The notes below the pieces were generated by a model, which saw nothing but the letters and a program-made list of their open reading frames with translations, ran no database searches and had not been told where the DNA came from. A program made the position numbers and the translations under genes. A stretch of 64,000 nucleotides of DNA, taken from Eledone cirrhosa. Taxonomy: Eukaryota. Of this stretch, positions 53,345 to 64,000 are shown in pieces. The stretch's first letter is position 1. The number at the start of each line of letters is the position of its first letter. The DNA is taken from assembly GCA_964016885.1 (NCBI GenBank), contig OZ024759.1, positions 32,612,001 through 32,676,000 on the forward strand, read 5' to 3'.

Positions 53345-56300
53345 ATGTCTCGAACATTTTAAACCTGGCGAACCTCATCCCTCTCTAGGTTTCAAATCTC
53401 TGTCAGATCTGATAAAACCGACTAAATGCCTGCTAAACATGCTAGAAAAAGTAGCCAAATCTTGGCCAGGCACTCTCAGAAAATCTTTGCTAGAGATTTT
53501 ACGATAAGCTGGTCAATCTTGGCCAGGCGTACTCTGAAAATTTCTGGTTAACATGTTAGAAAAAGCAGCCAAATCTTCTTGAAATCACTTTTTGAAAGCA
53601 AGGATTTATTGAATAATATAGGAATGATCTATGGTGATGATGATGGTGGTAGTGGTTATGGTAGTAGTGGTGGTGGTGGTGGTGGTGGTAGTGGTAGTGG
53701 TGGTAGTGGTGATGATGGTTGTGGTGGTAGTGGTGATGGTGGCTGTGATCTTGGTTGTGGTGGTGGTGATGATGGAGGTGGTGATGGTTGTGTTGATGGA
53801 AGTGATGGTAGTTGTGGTGTTGATGGTGGTGATGATAATTCTATGATAACACTATATAGTGCCTTTGGCTGTTTACATCTAGTAGTCAGTCTGTATGTGG
53901 GGGGGGGGGGTTGTCTGGAGAGGTGTAGGGAGGCTGCTGGGAATGAGGGGAGAGGAAGTGATCTGTATTTGGAACCAACCACATTTGTTTCTTGGGTCCT
54001 TCCTCCACCTTCTCACCCTCTCACCTCTCACCTTTCACCCTCTCTCTCACCTCTCACCCTATCTCTCACCTCTCACCCACCTCATTCTCTTCGTCTTTCT
54101 ATTGCTCTCCCCTATTTCTCCCTCTTCCTCACACACTCTCTCTCTCTCAATAAACACCTCTCCCTCCCTCTCTCTCTCTGTCTGCCCTCTCTCTATCAAT
54201 TACCCCTTCCCTCTCTCCCTGTCTCTCTATCCACCATTATTTAGGCAGTCTCTGACCTATTGACCTCAATACCAGATCAATTCCTTCCCTAACAACAAGG
54301 TGCAGTCAGCTGCCACCTCTGAAATCTGAGAAATACCATTTTCTCTGCTGCACTTAACTTTGGCATGTGCATTGTTGCATATGTTCACACCTGCACACAT
54401 CTACACATACACACACCCCTGCACGCATGTACACACACACACACACCTGCACGCATGTACACATGCTTCCACAATACACACACACACACACCTGCACGCA
54501 TGTACACATGCTTCCACAATACACACACACACACACACACATGTATACCTGCTGCCACAATACAGATACATACACATATGTGCACACACACACACACATA
54601 CACACCTGCTGCCACAAGAAACACATACTCACTCACACACATGTACACCAATAACAAGGCACTCATACACACCTACACATGCATACCTGCTGCCAAAAAC
54701 ACACACACACACACACAGTCATACACACATGTGCACCAACCACAAGACACTCATACACACACACGCATACATACATATACCTGCTACCAGACACATTCAT
54801 ACTTTCTCACACACACACACACACATATTGTGCATGCATACATGCACACCTTCCACAAGACGCACATACACATCTGCTGCCAGACATACTCAGACACACA
54901 CACATATACCTGCTACCAGACACACTCATACTTTCTCTCACACACACACACACACATAGTGTGCATGCATACATGCACACCTTCCACAAGACACACATAC
55001 ACATAGACACACACGCACACACACACACATATGTATTATACACATACATGCGCATATGCATAAATAGTTACACACATGTATTGCTATACATACACTCAGT
55101 CAGAAGGCCATGGGTCTGATTCCTAAACAGGTTGATACATTGAGTTCTTAAGCAAGATACTTCATTTCAGGTTGCTTTCCATGATAGCACTGCCTCCTCT
55201 ATCATTAAAACACTCAAGGAACCACCTATTAGATGTAAACCTTGTAGGTGTCTAAGTAAACCTACCTAGGTGTGGAGACCCTTACACTATTCACTTCCCT
55301 GACATTTGTATATTATTCTATGTACTATACATGCACCTTTGATGAGTTGTAGTGCACCTGAGCACTGTACACAATAATTTCATTATTATTATATTATTAT
55401 TAAAACATGCGTCGGACGCCATGTTTTGACGCATAGAGTTACGGCCCTTGCCATTCTGAGTTCAAATCCCGCCGAGGTTAACTTTGCCTTTCATCCTGAC
55501 GGGGTCGATAAAATAAAGTACCAGTAATGCACTGGGTAATTGCTGGCCTTGTGCCAAAAGTAGAAACAATTATATTATTATTAAAACACCTTTAAGAAAC
55601 CACCTATTATGTAAACCTTGTAGGAGTCTAACTAAACCTACCTTGGTGTGGTCTGTAACAACATAAGACTGAGACCCTTATCATTAAAACACCCAAGAAA
55701 CCTCATATAAGATGTACATACATTGATTACCTGTACAGGCAATATTTATTAGAATGCTGTTGAAGTGTGTATATATTTTTGGGGGATACCCTGCATATAC
55801 ATGTGGAATGGTTTGTGGTATATTTGTGTACATGTGTGTAGATATATATACATGTGGGATGGTTTGCGGTATATCTGTGTACATGTGTGTATATATATAT
55901 ATATATATATACATACATGTGGGATCGTTTGTGGTATATCTGTGTACATGTGTGTAGATATATATACATGTGGGATGGTTTGTGGTATATATACATGTGG
56001 GATGGTTTGTGGTATATTTGTGAATATGTGTTTAGATATATATATATATATATATATATACATGTGGGATGGTTTGTGGTATATTTCTACATGTGTATAG
56101 ATATAGATATATATACATGTGGACTGGTTTGTGGTATACTGTGCATGTATGTGGAGATATATATATGTGTGAGCCGGATTGTCGTTTATTTGTGTGTGTT
56201 TGGGTGTATTTGTCTTTTGTGTGTACCTAGTATTAGTAAATTAGCTTAAGACCCTATTGTTTGTCGGCTAATAACACTGCAGGGTGTGGTCTGTGTTATT

Positions 56301-56765
56301 GTACACCCACCCACACACACACACACATACACATTAGTGTGTTCCGTGATATATGAAAATGTCAGTGTAATTGTATAGATATTACATAGTCTTAACGAAG
56401 CAATATACTTTAATTAATTACTTTTTCTGTCAACAGCCTCTCCAGAGACTAATGACTTTAGCATTTAGTTTCTGTTTCAAACTACACAGCAGTCGACACA
56501 ACAGAGAGATGAGTGACTATTCTTTCACTGCTTTCAGTCATTAGACCGTGGCCATTCTGGGGCACTGCGGCCATGCTGGGGCACTATGGCCATGCTGGAT
56601 CACTGCTGCCATAGAGGGAGAGATTTATGGTCGGTCACATCAACTCTAATGAATATATGTTTACAATTTTTTATTGATCTCGTTTTATTGTACTGCTTAG
56701 TTACAAGACATAAACACACACAATATATATATGTGTGTGTGTTTGTGTGTGTGTGTGTGAAATGT

Positions 56766-57862
56766 ATGAGATACAACCTTGTAGAAGGCCAGCTACATAG
56801 GTGTGAGCTGTAACAACATGATAGGACTGGGGTCCCTATCATTAAAACACCCAAGAAACCTCCTATGAGATACCACCTTGTAGGAGGCCAGCTAAACCTA
56901 CATAGGTGTGAGCTGTAACAACATGATAGGACTGGGGTCCCTATCATTAAAATACCCAAGAAACCTCCTATGAGATACCACCTTGTATAAGGCCAGCTAA
57001 ACCTACATAGGTGTGAGCTGTAGCAACATGATAGGACTGGGGTCCCTATCATTAAAACACCCAAGAAACCTCCTATGAGGTACCACCTTGTAGGATGCCA
57101 GCTAAACCTACGTAGGTGTGAGATGTAACAACATGATAGGACTGGGGTCCCTATCATTAAAACACCCAAGAAACCTCCTATGAGGTACCACCTTGTAGGA
57201 TGCCAGCTAAACCTACATAGGTGTGAGATGTAACAACATGATAGGACTGGGGTCCCTATCATTAAAATACCCAAGAAACCTCCTATGAGGTACCACCTTG
57301 TAGGAGGCCAGCTAAACCTACATAGGTGTGAGATGTAACAACATGATAGGATTGGGGTCCCTATTATTAAAATACCCAAGAAACTTCCTATGAGGTACCA
57401 CCTTGTAGGAGGCCAGCTAAACCTACGTAGATGTGAGATGTAACAACATGATAGGATTGGGGTCCCTATCATTAGAATACCCAAGAAACCTCCTATGAGG
57501 TACCACCTTGTAGGAGGCCAGCTAAACCTACGTAGATGTGAGATGTAACAACATGATAGGATTGGGGTCCCTATCATTAGAATACCCAAGAAACCTCCTA
57601 TGAGGTACCACCTTGTAGGAGGCCAGCTAAACCTACGTAGATGTGAGATGTAACAACATGATAGGATTGGGGTCCCTATCATTAGAATACCCAAGAAACC
57701 TCCTATGAGGTACCACCTTGTAGGAGGCCAGCTAAACCTACGTAGATGTGAGATGTAACAACATGATAGGATTGGGGTCCCTATCATTAGAATACCCAAG
57801 AAACCTCCTATGAGGTACCACCTTGTAGGATGCCAGCTAAACCAACATAGGTGTCAGCTGTA
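56766..57862. repeat. 105-bp tandem repeat, ~10.3 copies
   Basis: ATAGGA(C/T)TGGGGTCCCTATC every 105 bp (56821, 56926, 57031...). Confidence 0.95.
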
Positions 57863-57996
57863 AATTTTCATTACATATATTTCCCAATAAAAACAAATAA
57901 GTACCCCCATCAAACCTGTCAAAAAAACAATTAAATTTGAATTTAATTAACAGATTATATTAATTGCTGTTTTTGTTTCTTCGTTTACTGAAATAG

Positions 57997-58059
57997 AGGA
58001 GGCAAGTTTTAACGTATCGGAGGCAACTCCTTGGGTCTTTGCCTCACAATCCTCAACAC
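57997..58059 (+). CDS. 63-nt phase 1-1 exon of the stomatin-like gene (EASFNVSEATPWVFASQSST)
   Basis: Polypyrimidine tract plus TAG acceptor, consensus GTAAGT donor, open frame continuous with exon 61495. Confidence 0.7.
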
Positions 58060-58356
58060 GTAAGTATTACTTCAGTCTCATGATGATGATGATGTCGATG
58101 ATGATGATGTCATCTTGTTGATGATGATGATGATGATGATGTCTTTCTGCCTCTCACCATTCACTACTACTACCACCACCACCACCGCCACACTACCATT
58201 GGTGGTGGTGGTGGTGGTGGTGCTGTTGTTGCCTTGATAATGATGATGATGTTGTTATTGTCGCTCTGTCACATACATGCCACTCACCACCACCACTGAT
58301 GGGGATGTTATATTGTCTACATAATGATGATGGTCATTTTATATATATATATATAT

Positions 58357-58518
58357 AGGAAAAGAGTCAGGACCCCGACGGCAGAGCTCCGGCCGTTTCA
58401 ACAGCTATTTCTGATTTAGCTGTCGAAACGGCCGGAGCTCTGCCGTCGGGGTCTTGACTCTTTTCCTATTACCCACTCTACTACCCTAAGTATTGAGTAC
58501 TTTGGTGCGTTATGGTCC
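58357..58518 (+). mobile_element. Family B fold-back HHR element with intact 3' half of the hammerhead
   Basis: Inverted arm 58357-58407, then TAGCTGTC-GAAA-CGGC-CGGAGCTCT-GCCG-TC-GGGGTC; joined directly to a minus-strand SINE head (58518-58668). Confidence 0.75.
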
Positions 58519-59209
58519 TTATCATCTCATTTCTACAGCTGAGTAAACTGGAGCAATGTGAAATAAAGTGTCTTGCTCAAGGAAACAACACATCACCCGG
58601 TCTCAGAATTGAACTCACAACCTTTTGATTGCAAGGCCAATGCTCTAACCACTAAGCCATGTGCCTCCATATATATATATATATATATTTATTTATTAAA
58701 ATAATAGATTAAAGTTTAAGCAAAGAATTGGTGCTTTCACCCTTAACAGGATCTTCTGAAACTGTATATTTGATATATATTTATCCTTATCGAGCCCTCT
58801 TTGGATTTTAGTCTTCACATTTATTATTATTACTATATATATATATATATATATATACATACACACACATATACAGGTGGATATGCTTGCATACAACACC
58901 CATGTGCATGTGCACACACACACACATACTGCTGTATGCATGTATATAACATCCACATACACCTGAACACACACATATATATATGTATGTGTGTATTGGA
59001 TATTGTGATAGTTTGGTATTGGTGGAGACTGGAACACAGGTTCAATCCCCACTTGGGTTACTTTAGCTATTTGTTGTTGTGTAATGCACCTTGGCCAGGC
59101 ATGACTGTCACAACTTCACAGTATTGTCTTCAAATTATGTGGTTGCATGCCAATGTAAAAAAAAAATTATGTGCCTTTCTCATCCTTTACAAAGTCGTTA
59201 AAATAATAT

Positions 59210-60155
59210 ACCAGTCAAATACTGGGGTCCAGAGAATTCACTTAACACCTCCCCCCCCCCGCAAAAAAAAAATTGCTGGCCTTGTGCCTTAATCAGAAGC
59301 CTTTATTTATAAGGGTGGATTGGCAGTATCAGTAGAGGGTCGGACGCCATTTTTTGCAGCATAGAGTTACGGCCCTTTATGGTCTGAGTTCAAATCCCAC
59401 TGAGGTTAACTTTGCTTTTTTCATCCTTACGGGGGGGGGGGGGGGTCAATAAAATAAAGTACCAGTAATACACTGGGGCAAAATTGCTGGCCTTGTGCCA
59501 AAAGTAGAAACAAATATAATGAGTACACAGGAGAGCCTTGTGGTACCCCTGGGGCTCGATTTAATCGACTTGGTCCTTCCCTACAAAAAAAAAATTGTTG
59601 GTCCTTTATCTCAATCAGAAACCATTATTAAGGATTGGCAGTATCGGTAGAGGGTCGGGCGCCATGCTTTGCAGCATAGAGTCATGGCCCTTTATAGTCT
59701 GAGTTCAAATCTCGCCGTGGTTAGCTTTGCCTTTCATCCTTACAGTCATTGATAAAATAAAATACCAGTAATGCACTGGGTAATTGCTGGCCTTGTGCCT
59801 AAAGTAGACAATTATTATTATTATTATTATCCCGCCGAGGTTGACTTTGCCTTTCATCCTTACAGGGTTGATAAAATAAAGTACCAGTAATGCACTGGGT
59901 AATTGCTGGCCTTGTGCCTAAAGTAGAAACAATTATTATTATTATTATTATTATTATAAGGGCAGTGGATTGGCAGTATCAGTAGAGGGTCGGACGCCAT
60001 GCTTTCTAGCATAGAGTTACGTCCCTTTACGATCTGAGTTCAAATCCCTCCAAGGTTAAGTTTGCCTTTCATCCTTACGGGGTTGATAAAAGATAGTACC
60101 AGTAATGCACTAGGGTAATCGCTGGCCTTGTGCCTAAAGTAGAAACAGTTATTAG
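59210..60155 (+). mobile_element. Cluster of ~5 same-orientation tRNA-derived SINE copies
   Basis: Repeated GGATTGGCAGTATC..GAGTTCAAATC..TCATCCTTAC..TTGCTGGCCTTGTGCC..AAGTAGAAAC with (ATT)n tails. Confidence 0.85.
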
Positions 60156-61494
60156 GTTAGTAGTAGATTGGTTGAATCTTGTACAATACTTTGTTAGTCT
60201 TCCATGTTCTAGGTTCAAATCTCAGCTATGTATGTGTGTGAGTGTGTATGTGTATGTATGAGTGTGAATGTGTATGTATGTGTGTGTGTGAGTGCGTATG
60301 TGTATGTGTGAGTGTGTTTGTATGTATGTATGTATGTGTGCGTTTGTATATATATATGTCTGTATGTCTATAATTCTTGGTATGTCTCTCTCCCTCTCTC
60401 TCTCTACTCCTCAGTCTCAATGGCTGTGTATCTCTCTCTCTCTATATATATATATATATCTTTGTCTCTCTCTCTATCTATCTATCTATCTCTGCCTCTC
60501 TATATATCTTTCTGTTTATCCTCAATTCTCTCTCTACTTCCCATCCTACTATAAATTAAGCCAATATAATTAATCTCTTCCACTATAGTAGTAGTAGTAG
60601 CAGTAGAAGTAGTAACTTGCTATAGAAACATGCAACCATGGTTCTGTTACTGTGTAACTGTTACCATAGAAACCAAATTATCTCTAATGACCAATTAATT
60701 ACCCTTTTTGATACCAAAATCACCTGAAACTCTCCTGGATTTAGGACATAAACCTGCCCTTTTAAAAATCTTTATCCTTATATTGATATTAAAACCTTTT
60801 GTCATTGTTTTATTTCAGAAAATTATTCTTGAATATTGCTCTAAATATCATTTTCTGAAAAACTTACCATATATACTTGAATATAAGACCATCCCACTAT
60901 TTTTTGGTCACATATTCCCCGGTTTATGTTTGAGTCTATTACATAGAAGATATTTTATTAAATTCTCCCATATGTTTGGTTATGTTCAAAATTAATTGAA
61001 AGATATACACAATGTCTTTTTCTTCATCATTTTCCATTTATTCCTGGGGAGGGGCGGTCTGACAAAGCTTGTCCACTAGTAAAGATACTATAAACACTTG
61101 AATTAACAAACTAGATGAAAACTACTATCGCAAGAAAGACATTCTTGAAAAATATAAAACAACACCATGACTGCATCACATTAAAAATTAAAGTCTTTAC
61201 TCTAATAATGCAAATTTTCACATTAATCTGTCGACTAGTAAAGATAATATAAACATTTGAATTAACAGACCACATGGAACAACATTAGTAAGACATTCTT
61301 GAAAAATATAAACCAGCAATATGACTGCATCGTATTAGAAATTAAAGTCTTTACTGCAAATTTTCACATCAATCTGTCGACTAGTAAAAATAATATAAAC
61401 ATTTGAATTAATAAACTTTTCTTTTTTAGATATTTTCTGCTAAATCTTTACAAGATCTTAAGAATTAAATTAATCTCTTTTTCTCTTCCCTCAG

Positions 61495-61601
61495 ATGCGA
61501 CTCGCGACAACAGGCTTGGGTTATGTGGAACCCTTCTCATGGCTCTCTCTTTCATCATCATCGTATGCACATTACCATTTTCTCTGTGTCTAGTTATTAA
61601 G
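61495..61601 (+). CDS. STOM: Stomatin/band-7 (SPFH) family membrane-hairpin exon: (H)ATRDNRLGLCGTLLMALSFIIIVCTLPFSLCLVIK
   Basis: Strong TCTCTTTTTCTCTTCCCTCAG acceptor and GTAAGC donor. Peptide matches stomatin [30 protein letters not shown], including the palmitoylated Cys and the hairpin Pro, and the exon ends at the same IK position. Exact paralog (STOM, MEC-2 or other) is unresolved. Confidence 0.88.
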
Positions 61602-62354
61602 GTAAGCTATGAAATTCTTTGTCTCCATTTTACCTAAATCAGAAACCATGCAGTGGATTGGCAGAATTGGTAGAGGGCTGGACATGCTTTCCAGCATAGT
61701 CAAGTCCCTTTACGATCTGAGTTCAAATCCCGCCAAGGTTAACTTTGCCTTTCATCCTTACGAGGTCGATAAAATAAAGTACCAGTAATGTACTGGGTAT
61801 TTGCTGGCCTTGTGCCGAAAGTAGAAACAATTATAATTATTATTTCCATTATCATTTTTATTGTGCATCATTACTGCTTTACTGAGCACAGTTCTGTGTA
61901 CCTTGGGTATGTGCAGTGTAGTTTTTACTGGTGTTGTTTCTATTGCATTGATAATACTTTCCGTAATGTGTATGCGGTGCTTAATAGTTCTATCTTTTGT
62001 ATGCTGTATATATTTGTAGATATATTTAGAGTTTTGGTTATGTATCTATCTGTGTGTTTTTTATCATTCCTATCAGTAGGGCGTCGAACAATATGCTTTG
62101 AAGCATAGAGTTCTGGTCCTTTATCTTCTGAGTTCAAATCCCGCCGAGGTCAACTTTGCCTTTCATCCTTACGGGGTCGATAAAATAAAGTACCAGTAAT
62201 GTACTGGGAGGAAGCGATAAAAAGAAATATTAAGGAATATAAAGGATTTGTATTAATTTTGCATTAAAGATATTTGAATGGCATTAACTATTAATTAAGT
62301 TTGCTCCAACAATTAAACAGAAAAGATTGTGTGTTGACATATATTACATAGACA

Positions 62355-62622
62355 ACAATTTACGATGTGGACGGTACTTGTTAGAACTATCCTTTGGATT
62401 TCATAGATGCTAGGTTTACCAGGTATGTTTTCTAGAAAATTTTGAACACCTTTCTATGACACCTTGAGCTCCTATCTCTACCGGAATAGTTTGTGTTTTA
62501 AGGTACCACATTCTGTTTGTCTCAATTTCTAGATCTTTATATTTAGCAAGTTTCTCATACTCTTTTGCTGACACATTTCTATCAGACGATACAGTCATGT
62601 CAATAAGAAAGCAGGTCTTGTT
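62355..62622 (-). mobile_element. R4/Dong-like (RLE-clade) non-LTR retrotransposon endonuclease C-terminal fragment
   Basis: KTCFLIDMTVSSDRNVSAKEYEKLAKYKDLEIETNRMWYLKTQTIPVEIGAQG matches the RLE K..KY.DL...W...IPV..GA.G pattern. Confidence 0.8.
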
Positions 62623-62952
62623 TTAAAAAATTTTAATAATAATTGTTTCTACTTTTGGCACAAGGCCAGCAATTATTTCACTGTATTACTGGTACTTTAT
62701 TTTATCGACCCTGTAAGGATGAAAGGCAAAGTTAACCTCGACGGGATTTGAACTCAGACCGTAAAAGGACGTAACTACACTGGAAAGCATGGTGTCCGAC
62801 CCTCTACCGATACTGCCAGTTGCATTACTAGTGTTATCTGTGTGAATGGTAAAGTCCCAAAATATTGTTTCACTTCAGTTTCAGTTACTGGTTGAGATTT
62901 GTGTTCAGACTAGTTTTCTGTATGTTCTGCATTGTATTTTTTGCATATTATC

Positions 62953-63600
62953 CAGTGGCTATATTGCCCCACCCTACCATGTCTAATCTTACATTCAGTG
63001 GCTATATTGCCCCACCCTACCATGTCTAATCTTACATTCAGTGGCTATATTGCCCCACCCTACCATGTCTAATCTTACATTCAGTGGCTATATTGCCCCA
63101 CCCTACCATGTCTAATCTTACATTCAGTGGCTATATTGCCCCACCCTACCATGTCTAATCTTACATTCAGTGGCTATATTGCCCCACCCTACCATGTCTA
63201 ATCTTACATTTCAGTGGCTATATTGCCCCACCCTACCATGTCTAATCTTACATTCAGTGGCTATATTGCCCCACCCTACCATGTCTAATCTTACATTCAG
63301 TGGCTATATTGCCCCACCCTACCATGTCTAATTTTACATTCAGTGGGTATATTGCCCCACCCTACCATGTCTAATCTTACATTTCAGTGGCTATATTGCC
63401 CCACCCTACCATGTCTAATCTTACATTCAGTGGCTATATTGCCCCACCCTACCATGTCTAATCTTACATTCAGTGGCTATATTGCCCCACCCTACCATGC
63501 CTAATTTTATATTCAGTGGCTATATTGCCCCACCCTACCATGTCTAATCTTACATTCAGTGGCTATATTGCCCCACCCTACCATGTCTGATTTTATATTC
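62953..63600. repeat. 43-bp minisatellite, ~15 copies
   Basis: CAGTGGCTATATTGCCCCACCCTACCATGTCTAATCTTACATT. Confidence 0.95.
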
Positions 63601-63774
63601 AATTGGCGCTAGTGTGGAACATCCTGATATTTTAAGGTCAATTGTTTCAAGTTGTAGGTCACATATCCTGCATTTGGGGTCTGCTCCATTTCTGAGAATA
63701 TTTGTCTGATAATTCCTAGTAAATCAGCTCTGGTCCTGGACTGCAATAATAAAGCTTTCTGTTTCAGCTTTCAA

Positions 63775-63994
63775 CTCTTTAGCATTTATATTACTCTATA
63801 TTTACTATTGTATATTTGTGGTAGACGCTTTATTTCGCATAATTATCTCTCATAATATCGAATCTATGAGATGTTGATATCATTTATTTTGAGAACAATA
63901 CCTTAATGTTGGATGAGCAGCCGATTATGGCTGGTTTGAACAGAAAGAGGTGAGAGAATTCTGGCTGGATATGGCCGGTTTAAATGCTAAAGGG
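63775..63994. mobile_element. piggyBac-type MITE
   Basis: TIR C(T/C)CTTTAGCATTTA / TAAATGCTAAAGGG with TCAA/TTAA flanks. Confidence 0.65.
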
Positions 63995-64000
63995 TTAATC

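Noticed and set aside
56600-57799. 399-aa minus-strand ORF with 35-aa repeats
   Set aside because: Arises from the 105-bp VNTR and is antisense to the stomatin intron.

Overview
AT-rich eukaryotic (metazoan) DNA, mostly intronic or intergenic and saturated with (TA)n, (CA)n and (GGT)n microsatellites, minisatellites, tRNA-derived SINEs, RTE-clade LINE fragments and DNA-transposon relics. The repeat repertoire looks like Octopus (inference). Almost all ORFs in the supplied track are artefacts of simple repeats. The only host gene I can support is the 5' part of a plus-strand stomatin/band-7 (SPFH) gene: a membrane-hairpin exon at 61495-61601, a 63-nt exon at 57997-58059 and candidate upstream exons at 39929-39977 and 41434-41482, duplicated within a ~1.5 kb tandem duplication. 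The most striking signal is a set of type I hammerhead-ribozyme (HHR) elements inserted into (TA)n tracts. The best example is a retrozyme-like array at 15661-18258: about 8 seemingly identical 310-bp units, each with a minimal HHR, arranged head-to-head (3 minus + 5 plus). At least four other HHR-bearing families occur, most with the same head-to-head fold-back architecture, and there is a Penelope-like GIY-YIG endonuclease relic at ~22.4-22.6 kb. Everything was read by eye, so repeat boundaries are approximate.
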